DNA from: Quinella sp. 2Q5
Lineage (GTDB): Bacteria; Bacillota; Negativicutes; Selenomonadales; Selenomonadaceae
Direction: 5' to 3'
NCBI GenBank assembly: GCA_015206785.1
Contig: JADEZQ010000011.1
Coordinates: 543-64,542, forward strand
DNA: 64,000 nt
Below the pieces are notes generated by a model that was given only the letters and a program-made list of their open reading frames with translations, had not been told where the DNA came from and searched no databases. How positions within the stretch are numbered: position 1 is the stretch's first letter; every line of letters begins with the position of its first letter. Shown in pieces: positions 1 to 9,308 of this stretch. The translations under genes were made by a program, and so were the position numbers.

Positions 1-850
1 CGACGTTCCACGGTCGATTGGCGTTGGCGATGTCGCGGCGCAGAAAAAATTCTTGCGCGGACTGCAGACCGGTCTTGAGGGCGTCGAGTTCGGCGAACTG
101 CGTGTTGAGGGCGACGAAGTGAGCTGCGCCGTAATCGAACGAGTAGAAGTAGCCGCGGAAATTTTTTGCGCCGTTATCGGGCAGAGCGAACTGCTCAAGG
201 TAGCCCGTCGGCAGAGCATTGAACCAATCGACGCCGTAGCATTCGTGGTTGCCCATCACCGGCGCGAACGTCCGCCCCGACAAAATTTTTGTCGCCGCAA
301 GATGCCACGCACGCCATTGATAATCCGCCTGCCCGTTGTCGACCAAATCACCGATGACGGTCACGAGCTCGGCTTCGGGAAAAATTTCGGCGGCAATGTC
401 AGCGGTGCGTTGCCAGACCTCGTAGCGTTCGCATTGGCTGTCGGCGAAGATGAGCATTTGGAACGCGCCGTCGCCCGCCGTCAACAGCTTCTGCCACGAC
501 GTCGCGCGTGTGCCCGCCGTGATTCGGAACCTGTAGAGACTTGCGGGCTTTAGATTCGTCAGCGTGCACGAGCAGATTGAATTGCGTTGAGTGACCGCCG
601 CGAAGTGAGCTGACTCTTCGCCGACGAGTTGCCATTCCACTTGCGAAGGCTCTTCCGACGACCACATCAGCGTTCGCGAAGTGCGGCTGTCGCGCGTGAT
701 GACCTGCCGCAAAAATTTCACCGACGTGAGCGGCTGATAACCGTCCTGCGGCGTGTGCAGTTCGTCGAGCCTTGACGCTTCGGCTAAACTTGGGAAGTAG
801 GCACCGAGCCCCAGCGCGAGCAAAATTTTTATGAACCAGCGTCGATTCAT
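1..850 (-). CDS. Secreted metallophosphoesterase (calcineurin-like), 3' end runs off the window
   Basis: Absent from the ORF track because it is open at the window edge. My minus-strand translation from ATG 850-848 gives MNRRWFIKILLALGLGAYFPSLA (signal peptide), then LIFADSQ, VIGDLVDNG and GNHE (metallophosphatase motifs). I checked 241-850 codon by codon and found no stop; 1-240 was read by eye only. Listed ORFs 53-553(+) and 399-911(-) are other frames of the same DNA. Confidence 0.7.
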   Translation of the reverse strand, partial: MNRRWFIKILLALGLGAYFPSLAEASRLDELHTPQDGYQPLTSVKFLRQVITRDSRTSRTLMWSSEEPSQVEWQLVGEESAHFAAVTQRNSICSCTLTNLKPASLYRFRITAGTRATSWQKLLTAGDGAFQMLIFADSQCERYEVWQRTADIAAEIFPEAELVTVIGDLVDNGQADYQWRAWHLAATKILSGRTFAPVMGNHECYGVDWFNALPTGYLEQFALPDNGAKNFRGYFYSFDYGAAHFVALNTQFAELDALKTGLQSAQEFFLRRDIANANRPWNV

Positions 851-1251
851 CAGCCGAGACCTTTGACGAGCCGCGCGAAAAATTTTTCGGGCAGACGACA
901 GATTTTCCCATCGCGAGTGAAGACGTTGGTCGACGAGCCGTCCGCCAAAATTTTTTCGTCGCCGCGCTTGCGAATGACGTAGCGGAACTTCATCTTGGCG
1001 CGCGTGAGAGCTTCGGCGGTCGTTTCGATTTCGATTTCGTCGTCGAACTTGGCGGGCGCATGAAATTTCGCACCGATCTCGACAATCGGGAAGACAATGC
1101 CGTCGTCCATCATCTCGGTGAGCGTCAGATTCAACGCCCGCAAAAATTCCACGCGACCCGTCTCGAACCAGCGGATATAGTTGGCGTGATGCACGACGCC
1201 CATCGTGTCCGTGTCGAAAAATTTTACGCGGTGCAAAGTCGTCACTGTCAT
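850..1251 (-). CDS. Acyl-CoA thioesterase, 4HBT/YbgC family
   Basis: 133 aa. VKFFDTDTMGVVHHANYIRWFETGRVEFL is the hot-dog thioesterase N-terminal signature. Its stop overlaps the next gene's ATG by 1 nt (TGATG). Confidence 0.8.
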   Translation of the reverse strand: MTVTTLHRVKFFDTDTMGVVHHANYIRWFETGRVEFLRALNLTLTEMMDDGIVFPIVEIGAKFHAPAKFDDEIEIETTAEALTRAKMKFRYVIRKRGDEKILADGSSTNVFTRDGKICRLPEKFFARLVKGLG

Positions 1252-1336
1252 CGCGTCACCTCCTCAACAAAACTATATCACAAACGCCGCCGCCTGTGCT
1301 ATAATTGCGCGGACAAAATTTTTGGGGGTGACGGGC

Positions 1337-2155
1337 GTGCTGTATCTGGTCGCCACGCCGATTGGCAACTTGGAAGACATGACCTTTCGCGCGATTCGTG
1401 TCCTGCGCGAAGCCGATTTGATTGCCGCCGAAGACACGCGCCGCACGCGAAAACTTTTGACGCACTTCGACATTCACACGCCGCTGATTCGTTTCGACGA
1501 GAACTGCTCCGCCGCCGTTGCCGAAAAAATTTTGCCGCGGCTCATCGCCGGCGAGACCGTTGCCGTCGTCAGCGACGCGGGGCTGCCCGCCATCAGCGAC
1601 CCCGGCGCGGATTTGGTTCGCGTGGCAATCGACGCGGGCGTCGCCGTCTGTCCGGTGCCCGGTGCCAACGCCGCCTTGAGCGCGCTGATTTGTTCGGGGC
1701 TTGATACATCGCGCTTCATGTTCGCCGGATTCTTGCCGCGTGCAAAAAAAAATCGCCGTGACCTTCTGCAACGACTCTCAACCATCACCGCGACCATCAT
1801 CTTCTACGAGGCACCGCATCGCCTGAAAAATTTTTTGGCGGAACTGGTTGACGCCTTCGGTGACAGACGCGCCGTCCTTGCCCGCGAACTCACCAAGCTC
1901 CACGAAGAATTTCTGCGCGGCACGTTGAGCGAGCTTGCCGAAAAAATTTCCGAGCCCCGCGGCGAATTCGTCATCGTCGTTGAAGGCGCAACGTCCATCA
2001 AAATTTCCGAGCCGACCGAAGACATCGCCACCGTCGTCGAAAAATTCATCGCGGACGGTCTCGACAAGAAGTCTGCCATGCGCGAGGCGGCAAAACTTTT
2101 CAACGTGAGCCGCCGCGAAATTTATAACGCACTAATCAGGGAGGAGACCCAATGA
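1337..2155 (+). CDS. rsmI: 16S rRNA (cytidine1402-2'-O)-methyltransferase
   Basis: LYLVATPIGNLEDMTFRAIRVL and tetrapyrrole-methylase-like fold motifs. GTG at 1337 follows GGGGGTGA. The listed ORF begins at 1205, but the upstream part looks non-coding (a TATAAT at about 1300). The stop overlaps the metG ATG (ATGA). Confidence 0.85.
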   Translation: MLYLVATPIGNLEDMTFRAIRVLREADLIAAEDTRRTRKLLTHFDIHTPLIRFDENCSAAVAEKILPRLIAGETVAVVSDAGLPAISDPGADLVRVAIDAGVAVCPVPGANAALSALICSGLDTSRFMFAGFLPRAKKNRRDLLQRLSTITATIIFYEAPHRLKNFLAELVDAFGDRRAVLARELTKLHEEFLRGTLSELAEKISEPRGEFVIVVEGATSIKISEPTEDIATVVEKFIADGLDKKSAMREAAKLFNVSRREIYNALIREETQ

Positions 2156-3672
2156 AAACTTTTTACATCACCACACCGATTTACTACCCCAGCGCGAACT
2201 TGCACATCGGGCACGCTTACTGCACGACGATTGCCGACGCCATCGCCCGCTACAAACGCCTTGACGGCTTCGACGTGTTCTTCCTGACCGGTTCCGACGA
2301 GCACGGTCAAAAGATTCAGCGCAGTGCTCAAGCTCAAGGCAAGTCGCCGCTTGAATACGTTGACCCCATCGTCGAGAGCTTCAAGGACCTGTGGACGAAG
2401 TTCCACATCAGCAACGACGACTTCATCCGCACGAGCGAGCCGCGTCACGAGAAAGTTGTCCAAGAAATTTTCCGCCGCATTCAAGCCAATGGCGACATCT
2501 ACAAGGGCGAATACACCGGTCTTTATTGCACGCCGTGCGAATCGTATTGGACGGAGCTTCAGCTCGACGAGAACGGCTGTTGCCCCGACTGCCACCGCCC
2601 CGTGGAAAAAGTTTCCGAGGAAGCATATTTCTTCCGCCTGAGCAAATACGCCGACAAACTCTTGCAACACATTGAGGAGCACCCTGAATTCATCGTGCCG
2701 ACCTCGCGGCGCAACGAAATGATCAACTTCATTCGCCGCGGGCTGGAAGATTTGTGTATCTCGCGTACGTCGTTTGATTGGGGCATTCCCGTGCCCGACG
2801 ACCCGCGCCACGTCATCTACGTTTGGTTCGACGCCGTCATCAATTACATCACGCCGCTCATTCACAACGAGGACATGAAACGCTTCTGGCCGGCGGACAT
2901 TCATCTCGTCGGCAAGGAAATTGTCCGCTTCCACACAATCATCTGGCCGGCAATGCTCATGGCGGCGGGTCTGCCGCTTCCCAAACAGATTTACGGTCAC
3001 GGTTGGCTCGTCACCGACACGGGCAAGATGAGCAAGTCCGTCGGCAACGTCGTCGACCCCGTGCTGCTCGTCGAAGAGTTTGGCGCGGACGCAATTCGCT
3101 ACTTCCTGTTGCGCGAGATAACGCTCGGCTTGGACGGCAACTTTAGCCGCGACGCTCTGATTGCCCGAATCAACGCCGACCTCGCCAACGACCTGGGCAA
3201 CCTCTTGCACCGCACGCTAAACATGATCGGAAAGTTTCAGCAGGGGACGCTCTTGCCCGCGACCGACGGCACCGAACTCGACCAATCTTTCCGCGCTCAA
3301 GCTCTCGACACCGTTCGCGAATATCGCCGATTGATGGACGACGTGCAGCTCTCCGACGCCGTCAAAGTCGTCTGGAAATTCATCGGCCGCGCGAACAAAT
3401 ACATCGACGAAACCATGCCGTGGAAGCTCGCCAAAGATCCGGCGCAACGTCAACAGCTGGCGAACGTGCTGTACAACCTGGCAGAGTCCCTGCGAATCGT
3501 CAGCGTGCTGATTGAACCGTTCATGCCCGACACGGCGCAAAAGATTCGCGCTCAACTCAACGTCACGTCCAAACCCAAACTCGACGACGCGCAAACCTTC
3601 GGGCTGCTCGAAGCCAATCACGTCGTCGGCAAACCCGAACAGCTCTTCCCGCGCATACTCACCGACAAATGA
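2152..3672 (+). CDS. metG: Methionine--tRNA ligase (short form, no C-terminal tRNA-binding domain)
   Basis: HIGH motif (ANLHIGHAY), KMSKS motif, and zinc knuckles CTPCESYW and CPDCHRPV. Confidence 0.95.
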   Translation: MKTFYITTPIYYPSANLHIGHAYCTTIADAIARYKRLDGFDVFFLTGSDEHGQKIQRSAQAQGKSPLEYVDPIVESFKDLWTKFHISNDDFIRTSEPRHEKVVQEIFRRIQANGDIYKGEYTGLYCTPCESYWTELQLDENGCCPDCHRPVEKVSEEAYFFRLSKYADKLLQHIEEHPEFIVPTSRRNEMINFIRRGLEDLCISRTSFDWGIPVPDDPRHVIYVWFDAVINYITPLIHNEDMKRFWPADIHLVGKEIVRFHTIIWPAMLMAAGLPLPKQIYGHGWLVTDTGKMSKSVGNVVDPVLLVEEFGADAIRYFLLREITLGLDGNFSRDALIARINADLANDLGNLLHRTLNMIGKFQQGTLLPATDGTELDQSFRAQALDTVREYRRLMDDVQLSDAVKVVWKFIGRANKYIDETMPWKLAKDPAQRQQLANVLYNLAESLRIVSVLIEPFMPDTAQKIRAQLNVTSKPKLDDAQTFGLLEANHVVGKPEQLFPRILTDK

Positions 3673-3685
3673 ACGACACCTGCGC

Positions 3686-3726
3686 AAAAAAAAATCCCGC
3701 CGCTCCAAACGAGTGACGGGATTTTT
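3686..3726. terminator. Bidirectional intrinsic terminator between convergent metG and ispG
   Basis: AAAAAAAAATCCCG, a 17-nt loop, then CGGGATTTTT. The stem is short and has A/T runs on both sides. Confidence 0.5.
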
Positions 3727-3729
3727 GAT

Positions 3730-4794
3730 TTACGTTTCGCTGATGATGGCGTCTATCTCCTTGAAGAGTTCGTCGACCAATTCAGATTCGGGCACCTTGC
3801 GGACGATGACGCCCTTGCGGAAGATTATGCCCATGCCGTCCGCGCCGGCGATGCCAACGTCTGCCGTTCGAGCTTCGCCGGGACCATTGACGATGCAACC
3901 CATCACCGCGACCGTCAACGGCTGCCTGATGTCGGAAAGTTTTTCTTCGACGCGAGCGGCAATCGTCGGCAAATCGATTCGCGTGCGTCCACAGGTTGGA
4001 CAGGCAATGAGCGTGACGCCGCCCTCGCGAAGACCGAGTGACTTCAAAATTTCTGCTGCGACCTTGACTTCGACGAGTGGATCGCCCGTCAATGAAACGC
4101 GGATGGTGTCGCCGATGCCTTCAGCCAACAGTGCGCCGATGCCGACCGCCGACTTGATGACGCCGCTGTTGACGGTGCCCGCCTCGGTTATGCCGACATG
4201 CAACGGATAATTTTTCCGCGCGCTCATCAATCGGTAGGCGGCAAGCGTCAGCGGCACGTCGTGAGCCTTGAGCGATATCTTGATGTCGAAGAAGTCTTCC
4301 GCCTCCAGAATCGCGACGTGCTCAAGCGCGGACTCAACGAGAGCTTCGGGCGTGGCACCGCCGAATTTTTGCAGGAGCTTGCGGCTGAGTGAGCCGGCAT
4401 TGACGCCGATGCGGATCGGAATTTTTTCAGCCCGCGCAGCTTTGACGACTTGGCGGACGTGAGCCGCGCCGCCGATGTTGCCGGGATTGAGCCGAAGAGC
4501 CGCGACGCCCTGAGCTATGGCTTCGAGCGCGAGCTTGTAATCGAAGTGAATATCCGCGACGATTGGCACGTTCGAGGCTGCGACGATTGCGCCCAAAGTT
4601 TTTGCGGCGTTCATGTCGGGCACGGCAACGCGAACGATATCACAGCCCGCCCGCGCCAGCCGATTGACCTGTTCGATGGTGGCGGGCGCGTCGTGAGTTT
4701 TGGTGTTGGTCATGGATTGAATGCTGATTGGTGCGCCGCCGCCGATTTTGACGGAGCCGACGCTGATGGGGCGTGTCTGCTTGCGGTTGAACAT
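3730..4794 (-). CDS. ispG: 4-hydroxy-3-methylbut-2-en-1-yl diphosphate synthase
   Basis: 354 aa. Typical IspG N-terminus (RKQTRPISVGSVKIGGGAPISIQSMTNT) and C-terminal 4Fe-4S cysteines (ACPTCGR, MGCIVNGPGE). Confidence 0.95.
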   Translation of the reverse strand: MFNRKQTRPISVGSVKIGGGAPISIQSMTNTKTHDAPATIEQVNRLARAGCDIVRVAVPDMNAAKTLGAIVAASNVPIVADIHFDYKLALEAIAQGVAALRLNPGNIGGAAHVRQVVKAARAEKIPIRIGVNAGSLSRKLLQKFGGATPEALVESALEHVAILEAEDFFDIKISLKAHDVPLTLAAYRLMSARKNYPLHVGITEAGTVNSGVIKSAVGIGALLAEGIGDTIRVSLTGDPLVEVKVAAEILKSLGLREGGVTLIACPTCGRTRIDLPTIAARVEEKLSDIRQPLTVAVMGCIVNGPGEARTADVGIAGADGMGIIFRKGVIVRKVPESELVDELFKEIDAIISET

Positions 4795-4798
4795 TTCA

Positions 4799-5638
4799 TC
4801 ACCTGTCGAGATTCATTGCCCGACGATAAGCCGCCGCCGCTTGCCGTTGATGTTCGTGCTTGCGGATTTGAACGGCAACTTCGTCGGCGAGCCGGTCGGG
4901 AAGATTTTTGTATGCATCGGAATTCGTGAAGTGTGACCATTCGTCTTCGAGCGCGCGAATCGTCCAGATGAACTTCTCCAAGACGTCTTCGCGGCTGAAA
5001 TTTTTGTCGTCGGAATTTTTTTGCGCGGGGTCGTTGAAATTTGTCGGGTCGGTTTGACTGACGGGCGCGGCGTTGACTTCGGGAGTCGACATTGACGCTG
5101 ACGCCGGGACTTCGCCGCCGATATTGACGTTGCCGCCGATGTTGACGTTGCCGCCGACGTTGACGTTGCCGCCGATATTGACGTTGCCGGCGTTGCCGCC
5201 CGCGCCGAGTGCACCGATCTCCGCCATAGCCGACGCCGAAGCCTTGACCTGAGCCCGCGACAAAATTTCTTGAGCCTCCGCCTTAGACTTGGCGCGTTTG
5301 AGTTCGGACTTGAGTTCCTCACGCGCGTCGTCGGCAGCCTTAGCCTTCTTGTAGGTCTTCGGGTCGTTGACGCGCAGGAAGCCCATCTCCTCGTCGGAAA
5401 GTTTCTGACCGTCCTTGAGCTTGCGTTTGATCCGCGCAAGTTTCTGAGCCTTCGCCTGCGTATTGGAAGCTTGAGCCGCCTCGCGCAGTTTGTCGAACGT
5501 CGAAACCGCGTTGGTCGATGTCCAATTGCCGTGCGCGTCGGTGAGCGTCTGCCCCGTGCGTATCTTGTGGCGGGCGGCAAAGTTCAGGTTGCGCTGCTTG
5601 ACGTAAGAGCTGACCGTTCCGATAAGTGCAAAATCCAT
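4799..5638 (-). CDS. Hypothetical coiled-coil protein with NVN(I/V)GG hexapeptide repeats
   Basis: ATG at 5638 is preceded by AAGGAGG; the listed ORF start at 5707 lies upstream of the RBS. The protein is Lys/Ala/Glu-rich and helical, with four perfect 18-bp repeats at 5114-5185. The stop lies 4 nt before the ispG ATG. Confidence 0.6.
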   Translation of the reverse strand: MDFALIGTVSSYVKQRNLNFAARHKIRTGQTLTDAHGNWTSTNAVSTFDKLREAAQASNTQAKAQKLARIKRKLKDGQKLSDEEMGFLRVNDPKTYKKAKAADDAREELKSELKRAKSKAEAQEILSRAQVKASASAMAEIGALGAGGNAGNVNIGGNVNVGGNVNIGGNVNIGGEVPASASMSTPEVNAAPVSQTDPTNFNDPAQKNSDDKNFSREDVLEKFIWTIRALEDEWSHFTNSDAYKNLPDRLADEVAVQIRKHEHQRQAAAAYRRAMNLDR

Positions 5639-5678
5639 TTTGATCGCCTCCTTGGCAATACGTTGACTTCCTGCCGAC

Positions 5679-5707
5679 ATTCTACCCGACGACGTACTCG
5701 TTGGCAA
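5679..5707 (-). promoter_or_regulatory. Sigma-70-type promoter for the 4799-5638/ispG unit
   Basis: Minus strand reads TTGCCA, 17 nt, TAGAAT, about 35 nt upstream of the AAGGAGG RBS. Confidence 0.5.
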
Positions 5708-5775
5708 CCAAATGTTTGCCGCGCTTGACGCAAAAAATTTTCCCCGACACTCATCACGAGCGGCGGGGAATTTTT

Positions 5776-6642
5776 TTATGCGTTGACTATGCGGAAGGTG
5801 TCGCCGAACTTTTCTATGCGCCGCTGACGGAAGAGATGCCCAACCGCTCGCTTGAAGGCAGCCTTGCTGATTTTGAACGCGGCGAAAATTTTTTCGGGCG
5901 AGCTGTCGTCGTTGAGGCGGAGAATGCCGCCGTTGGACTGCATTGCCGCAAAAATTTTCTTGGCGTCGCGGGTGAGGGCGTTCTCTTTTATCTCGCGCAG
6001 TGAGCCGTTCAATCGTCCGTCGTCGCGCAGGAAAGTTATCCGCACGCTGACGATTTCTCCGGCGCGAAGCCTGCGCGGGATTTCCTGCTGCGGAACGAAG
6101 ACGATGTGTCGTTCGCGGCTGAAGATGAACGCGCCCGCCTCGGTGATGTTGTAGATTGCGCCGATTAGATAGTCGCCGCGTTTGACGTTGACGGCGGGCA
6201 GTGAGGCGCGGCGAATCTCGTCGGCAACCTTCATGGACACGGCAAGCCGACCGGACTTATCGACGTAGAGTTTCGCCCAGACGACGTCGTCGACCTTGGG
6301 ACGCCCGATCATTTCCGCGAACGGCATAAAAATTCCGCGCTCGGCTCCCACGTCCGCGAAGGCACCGTCCTCGGTCACGTTGATGATTTTCAGGCGGGAT
6401 ATCTGCCCCACGCGCATATTCGGCACGCGCATGCTGGCGGTCAATCGTCCTTTCGGGTCAAGATACAGGAAGACCTTGACGACGTCGCCGACATTGACGG
6501 GCGCAGTCTGTTGCAGCTTGTGCAAAAGGATATCGTCAGACGTGTTGCCCGTGCCGGCGTCAAGGAAGGCTCCCGCCTCGCTCAGGCGAACGACCTTCAA
6601 CGCGACGACGGTCATCGGTTTAAGTTTGCGTTCACTCTTCAT
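5776..6642 (-). CDS. S1 RNA-binding domain protein, CvfB/YitL family
   Basis: Repeated S1-like modules (GAFLDAG, GAFADVG, GAFIFS) and a C-terminal winged-helix-like tail. The start is ambiguous: ATG 6642 overlaps the rsfS end, and ATG 6615 is the alternative. Confidence 0.7.
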   Translation of the reverse strand: MKSERKLKPMTVVALKVVRLSEAGAFLDAGTGNTSDDILLHKLQQTAPVNVGDVVKVFLYLDPKGRLTASMRVPNMRVGQISRLKIINVTEDGAFADVGAERGIFMPFAEMIGRPKVDDVVWAKLYVDKSGRLAVSMKVADEIRRASLPAVNVKRGDYLIGAIYNITEAGAFIFSRERHIVFVPQQEIPRRLRAGEIVSVRITFLRDDGRLNGSLREIKENALTRDAKKIFAAMQSNGGILRLNDDSSPEKIFAAFKISKAAFKRAVGHLFRQRRIEKFGDTFRIVNA

Positions 6643-6991
6643 AGAACTTAATCTTCGCCTCGCTCCAGAGTTGTTCAAGCGCGTAATACTGGCGGTTCTC
6701 CTCCTTGAAGATGTGCGCAACCACGTCGCCATAATCGAGCAGAATCCATTCGCCCTCGTGATAGCCCTCGCGGTGGCTGAAGTGAATGCCTTCCTTGCCG
6801 AGCTCTTCGTCTATGTTGTCGGCAATGGCACGCACCTGCGTTGCCGTCTGCGCTGAACACACGACGAAATAATCCGTCGAGAACATCACGCCGCGCATGT
6901 CCATCGTGATGACTTCGCTCGCCTTCTTGTCGGCGGCCGCTTTGCAAATCTTCCAAGCCAAACTGTTAGTCTTCAAGTTGCATTCCTCCAA
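6632..6991 (-). CDS. rsfS: Ribosome silencing factor
   Basis: 119 aa. The RsfS/iojap signature includes DYFVVCSAQTATQVRAIADNI and GEWILLDYGDVVAHIF. The true start may be the TTG 15 nt downstream of the listed ATG, which has better spacing from GGAGG. Confidence 0.9.
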   Translation of the reverse strand: MEECNLKTNSLAWKICKAAADKKASEVITMDMRGVMFSTDYFVVCSAQTATQVRAIADNIDEELGKEGIHFSHREGYHEGEWILLDYGDVVAHIFKEENRQYYALEQLWSEAKIKFYEE

Positions 6992-6997
6992 AAAATT

Positions 6998-8038
6998 TTA
7001 TTCGTCGGTGGGCGTGCCGATGGGTTCGCTGTCTGCGTCGCCCATGTCGGATTGTCGGATATCCTGTTGCGGAAAGAGTTCGCTGAGTCGCGCTTCCATT
7101 TCGGGGCGGTTGACTATCCACGCGCCGTCGTCGTTCTCTGCGCCCGGCAACATCAGCGTCGTCGGCGGGTCAGAGCTCATCTTGCGCAGGACGTTCGCCA
7201 GGTGTGCCGAGTCAAAAATTTCCGCGCTGGTCTCCATTTTGTTGCGGAAGATGTCAGCGATTGCCGGCAGCTTCGGGATTGTGTCGAGCTGAAGGACTTT
7301 GGTGTAAAGAGCCTTGATGAATTTCTGTTGACGTTGCACGCGCCCGACGTCGCCCAATTTCTCGCCGCGGTAACGAAGATACTTCTGCACGTCCTCGCCC
7401 GAAAGATGCTGATAGCCCTGCCCGATGTGAATGGACAGCCCGCCTTCCTCGTCGATGTAATCCATGTTCTCTTCCACGTAGATATCAACGCCGCCGAGCA
7501 CGTCAATCAGTTCCGCGAACGTCGACATATCGATAACGATGTACTGATGAATCGAAATGCCCAGCAGCTTAGAAACTTCGCGCACCATAGTCTTTGCGCC
7601 GCCCCAGCCGTAAAAAGTTCCCAGCCGACCGGAATTGCTGTAGGTGTTTATCCACGTGTCTCGCGGAATGGAAATGATTCGGCTCTTGCCCGTCTCGTTG
7701 GAAAAGCTCAGCAGCAGGATGGTATCGGCGTTTTGACGTTCGTTGTTGTCCACGCCGAGAATCAGGATGTTTGTGTAGCCGTCGAACTTCGGATCTGCCT
7801 GCCCCATACGCGCCGTGCGTCTGTCTGTGTAGCCCTGGTACATGTCGGCAAACTCGCTGTAGACACGAAGCCCCGCGTTGTACACGCTGAAGCCGATGAA
7901 GACTATCGCGGAACCTATCAAGCACAAAACCACCAACGCAAATATCAGGCGGAAGGCTTTGATCCTGCGCCTGCGATTCATGGATTTGCGTTTCTTCTCT
8001 ATGTTGTCTTTGGTTGTGTTAGACATAGTTCCGCTCAC
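6998..8038 (-). CDS. LytR-CpsA-Psr (LCP) family cell-wall glycopolymer transferase
   Basis: N-terminal TM helix followed by NILILGVDN, ADTILLLSF and ISIPRDT, which are LCP core motifs. Confidence 0.85.
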   Translation of the reverse strand: MSGTMSNTTKDNIEKKRKSMNRRRRIKAFRLIFALVVLCLIGSAIVFIGFSVYNAGLRVYSEFADMYQGYTDRRTARMGQADPKFDGYTNILILGVDNNERQNADTILLLSFSNETGKSRIISIPRDTWINTYSNSGRLGTFYGWGGAKTMVREVSKLLGISIHQYIVIDMSTFAELIDVLGGVDIYVEENMDYIDEEGGLSIHIGQGYQHLSGEDVQKYLRYRGEKLGDVGRVQRQQKFIKALYTKVLQLDTIPKLPAIADIFRNKMETSAEIFDSAHLANVLRKMSSDPPTTLMLPGAENDDGAWIVNRPEMEARLSELFPQQDIRQSDMGDADSEPIGTPTDE

Positions 8039-8041
8039 TTG

Positions 8042-8608
8042 TCAGCTGTTCAACAGCAAAAAATTTCTGGCGGCGACGGTTGAGGGGTGCACGAGCGACT
8101 TCTTCTGCACGACGAATATTATCGATTCGCTCAAGGCGGTCAGCAGAATTTCGTCGAGCGTCGCGGTCTTGACCATGCCGCGCAGTTTGTTCACGCCGGG
8201 ATAATTTCGGTGCGGCTCAATCATGTCGGCGAAGTAGATGATTTTGTCGAGCGTCGTCATATCCGCCGCACCCACCGTGTGCCGCCAAATCGCTTGCAAA
8301 ATTTCCGCGTCGTCCACGCCGTAGACTTGTCGAGCCATTTGCGCACCGATGTAGGCGTGCAACAAAAGCGGCATTGCCCGTTCCATGTCGCCGATTGGAA
8401 TGCCGTAAGCCGCAGCCTGCGCGGGGAGTTCGTCGTTTTCAAATTGGCGTGCGCAATCATGCAACAGCCCCGCCACGTAAGCTTTGGTTTCGTCCGCGCC
8501 GAAACGTCGGGCAAGTTTGACGGCAGTGTTCGCCACGCCCACCGAGTGCACGAACCGCGAACGCTTGAGCCGCCGCCGAAGGTCGCGAGCCATTTGGTCA
8601 ATCGTCAT
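8042..8608 (-). CDS. yqeK: HD-domain bis(5'-nucleosyl)-tetraphosphatase, YqeK family
   Basis: RFVHSVGV and LLHDCAR HD motifs, plus the conserved nadD-yqeK-rsfS gene order. Confidence 0.85.
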   Translation of the reverse strand: MTIDQMARDLRRRLKRSRFVHSVGVANTAVKLARRFGADETKAYVAGLLHDCARQFENDELPAQAAAYGIPIGDMERAMPLLLHAYIGAQMARQVYGVDDAEILQAIWRHTVGAADMTTLDKIIYFADMIEPHRNYPGVNKLRGMVKTATLDEILLTALSESIIFVVQKKSLVHPSTVAARNFLLLNS

Positions 8609-8708
8609 AAATTTTCTCCTCAGTTCAAGTTCACTCCGTAAGCCTCCAACAAATCCGTGCGCTGCCTCAAGCCGTCAATGAAGCCGCCGTAAGGGTAATC
8701 GAGATTGG

Positions 8709-9308
8709 TCACAGGTAAAGTCCCTCCCGTCGGATATAATCTTCAACGGCGTCAGGCACGAGGTACTTGATTGAGCGGCGACGACGAACTTTGTCGCGGA
8801 TGTCGGTCGAAGAAATTTCCAAACCCGGCGTCGTGGTCAGGTGGATGTGTTCGGTAGCAGGTGCTCCGAAAAATTTTTCCACAGCCGAAAAGTTCACGTC
8901 GACACCGGGACGCGTGGTCGCGATGAAGTGAGATTTGGTTACCAGTTCGCGGGCGGCGTGCCACTTCGACAGGTCGGCAAGAGAATCCGCGCCGATGATG
9001 AAGAACAAATCCGTCGTCGCGCCGAAAGTTGCGTGCAGTTCGTTCATGGTGTCGAGAGTGTAGGATAAACCCGTTCGCTTGAGTTCGATGTCCGAGACGC
9101 GGAAGAATCTGTTGGATTGCGTTGCCAGCGTCGTCATTGCCAAGCGGTGTCGGGAGTCGGTGACGGGTTTGGCGGATTTGTGCGGCGGGCGTGCGGCGGG
9201 AATGAACAGAATTTCGTCGAGCACAAAAATTTCGCGGACAGCCTCCGCCGTCGCCAGGTGCCCCAGGTGAATCGGGTCGAACGTCCCGCCCATGATTCCG
9301 ATTTTCAC
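8709..9308 (-). CDS. nadD: Nicotinate-nucleotide adenylyltransferase
   Basis: GIMGGTFDPIHLGHL (HxGH) and ISSTDIR motifs. GTG 9308 lies 8 nt after GGAGG; the listed start at 9317 sits on the RBS. Confidence 0.9.
   Translation of the reverse strand: MKIGIMGGTFDPIHLGHLATAEAVREIFVLDEILFIPAARPPHKSAKPVTDSRHRLAMTTLATQSNRFFRVSDIELKRTGLSYTLDTMNELHATFGATTDLFFIIGADSLADLSKWHAARELVTKSHFIATTRPGVDVNFSAVEKFFGAPATEHIHLTTTPGLEISSTDIRDKVRRRRSIKYLVPDAVEDYIRREGLYL

Noticed and set aside
399-911. Listed ORFs 399-911(-) and 53-553(+) as the genes at the left edge.
   Set aside because: A different minus-strand frame, open to the window edge and absent from the track, gives a signal peptide plus metallophosphatase motifs (GDLVDNG, GNHE). 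It also has a 1-nt stop/start overlap with the thioesterase gene.
5114-5200. Possible CRISPR-like or other non-coding short tandem repeat (18-bp units).
   Set aside because: The units are contiguous with no spacers, sit in frame, and encode an NVN(I/V)GG hexapeptide repeat inside a CDS. There are no cas genes in the window.
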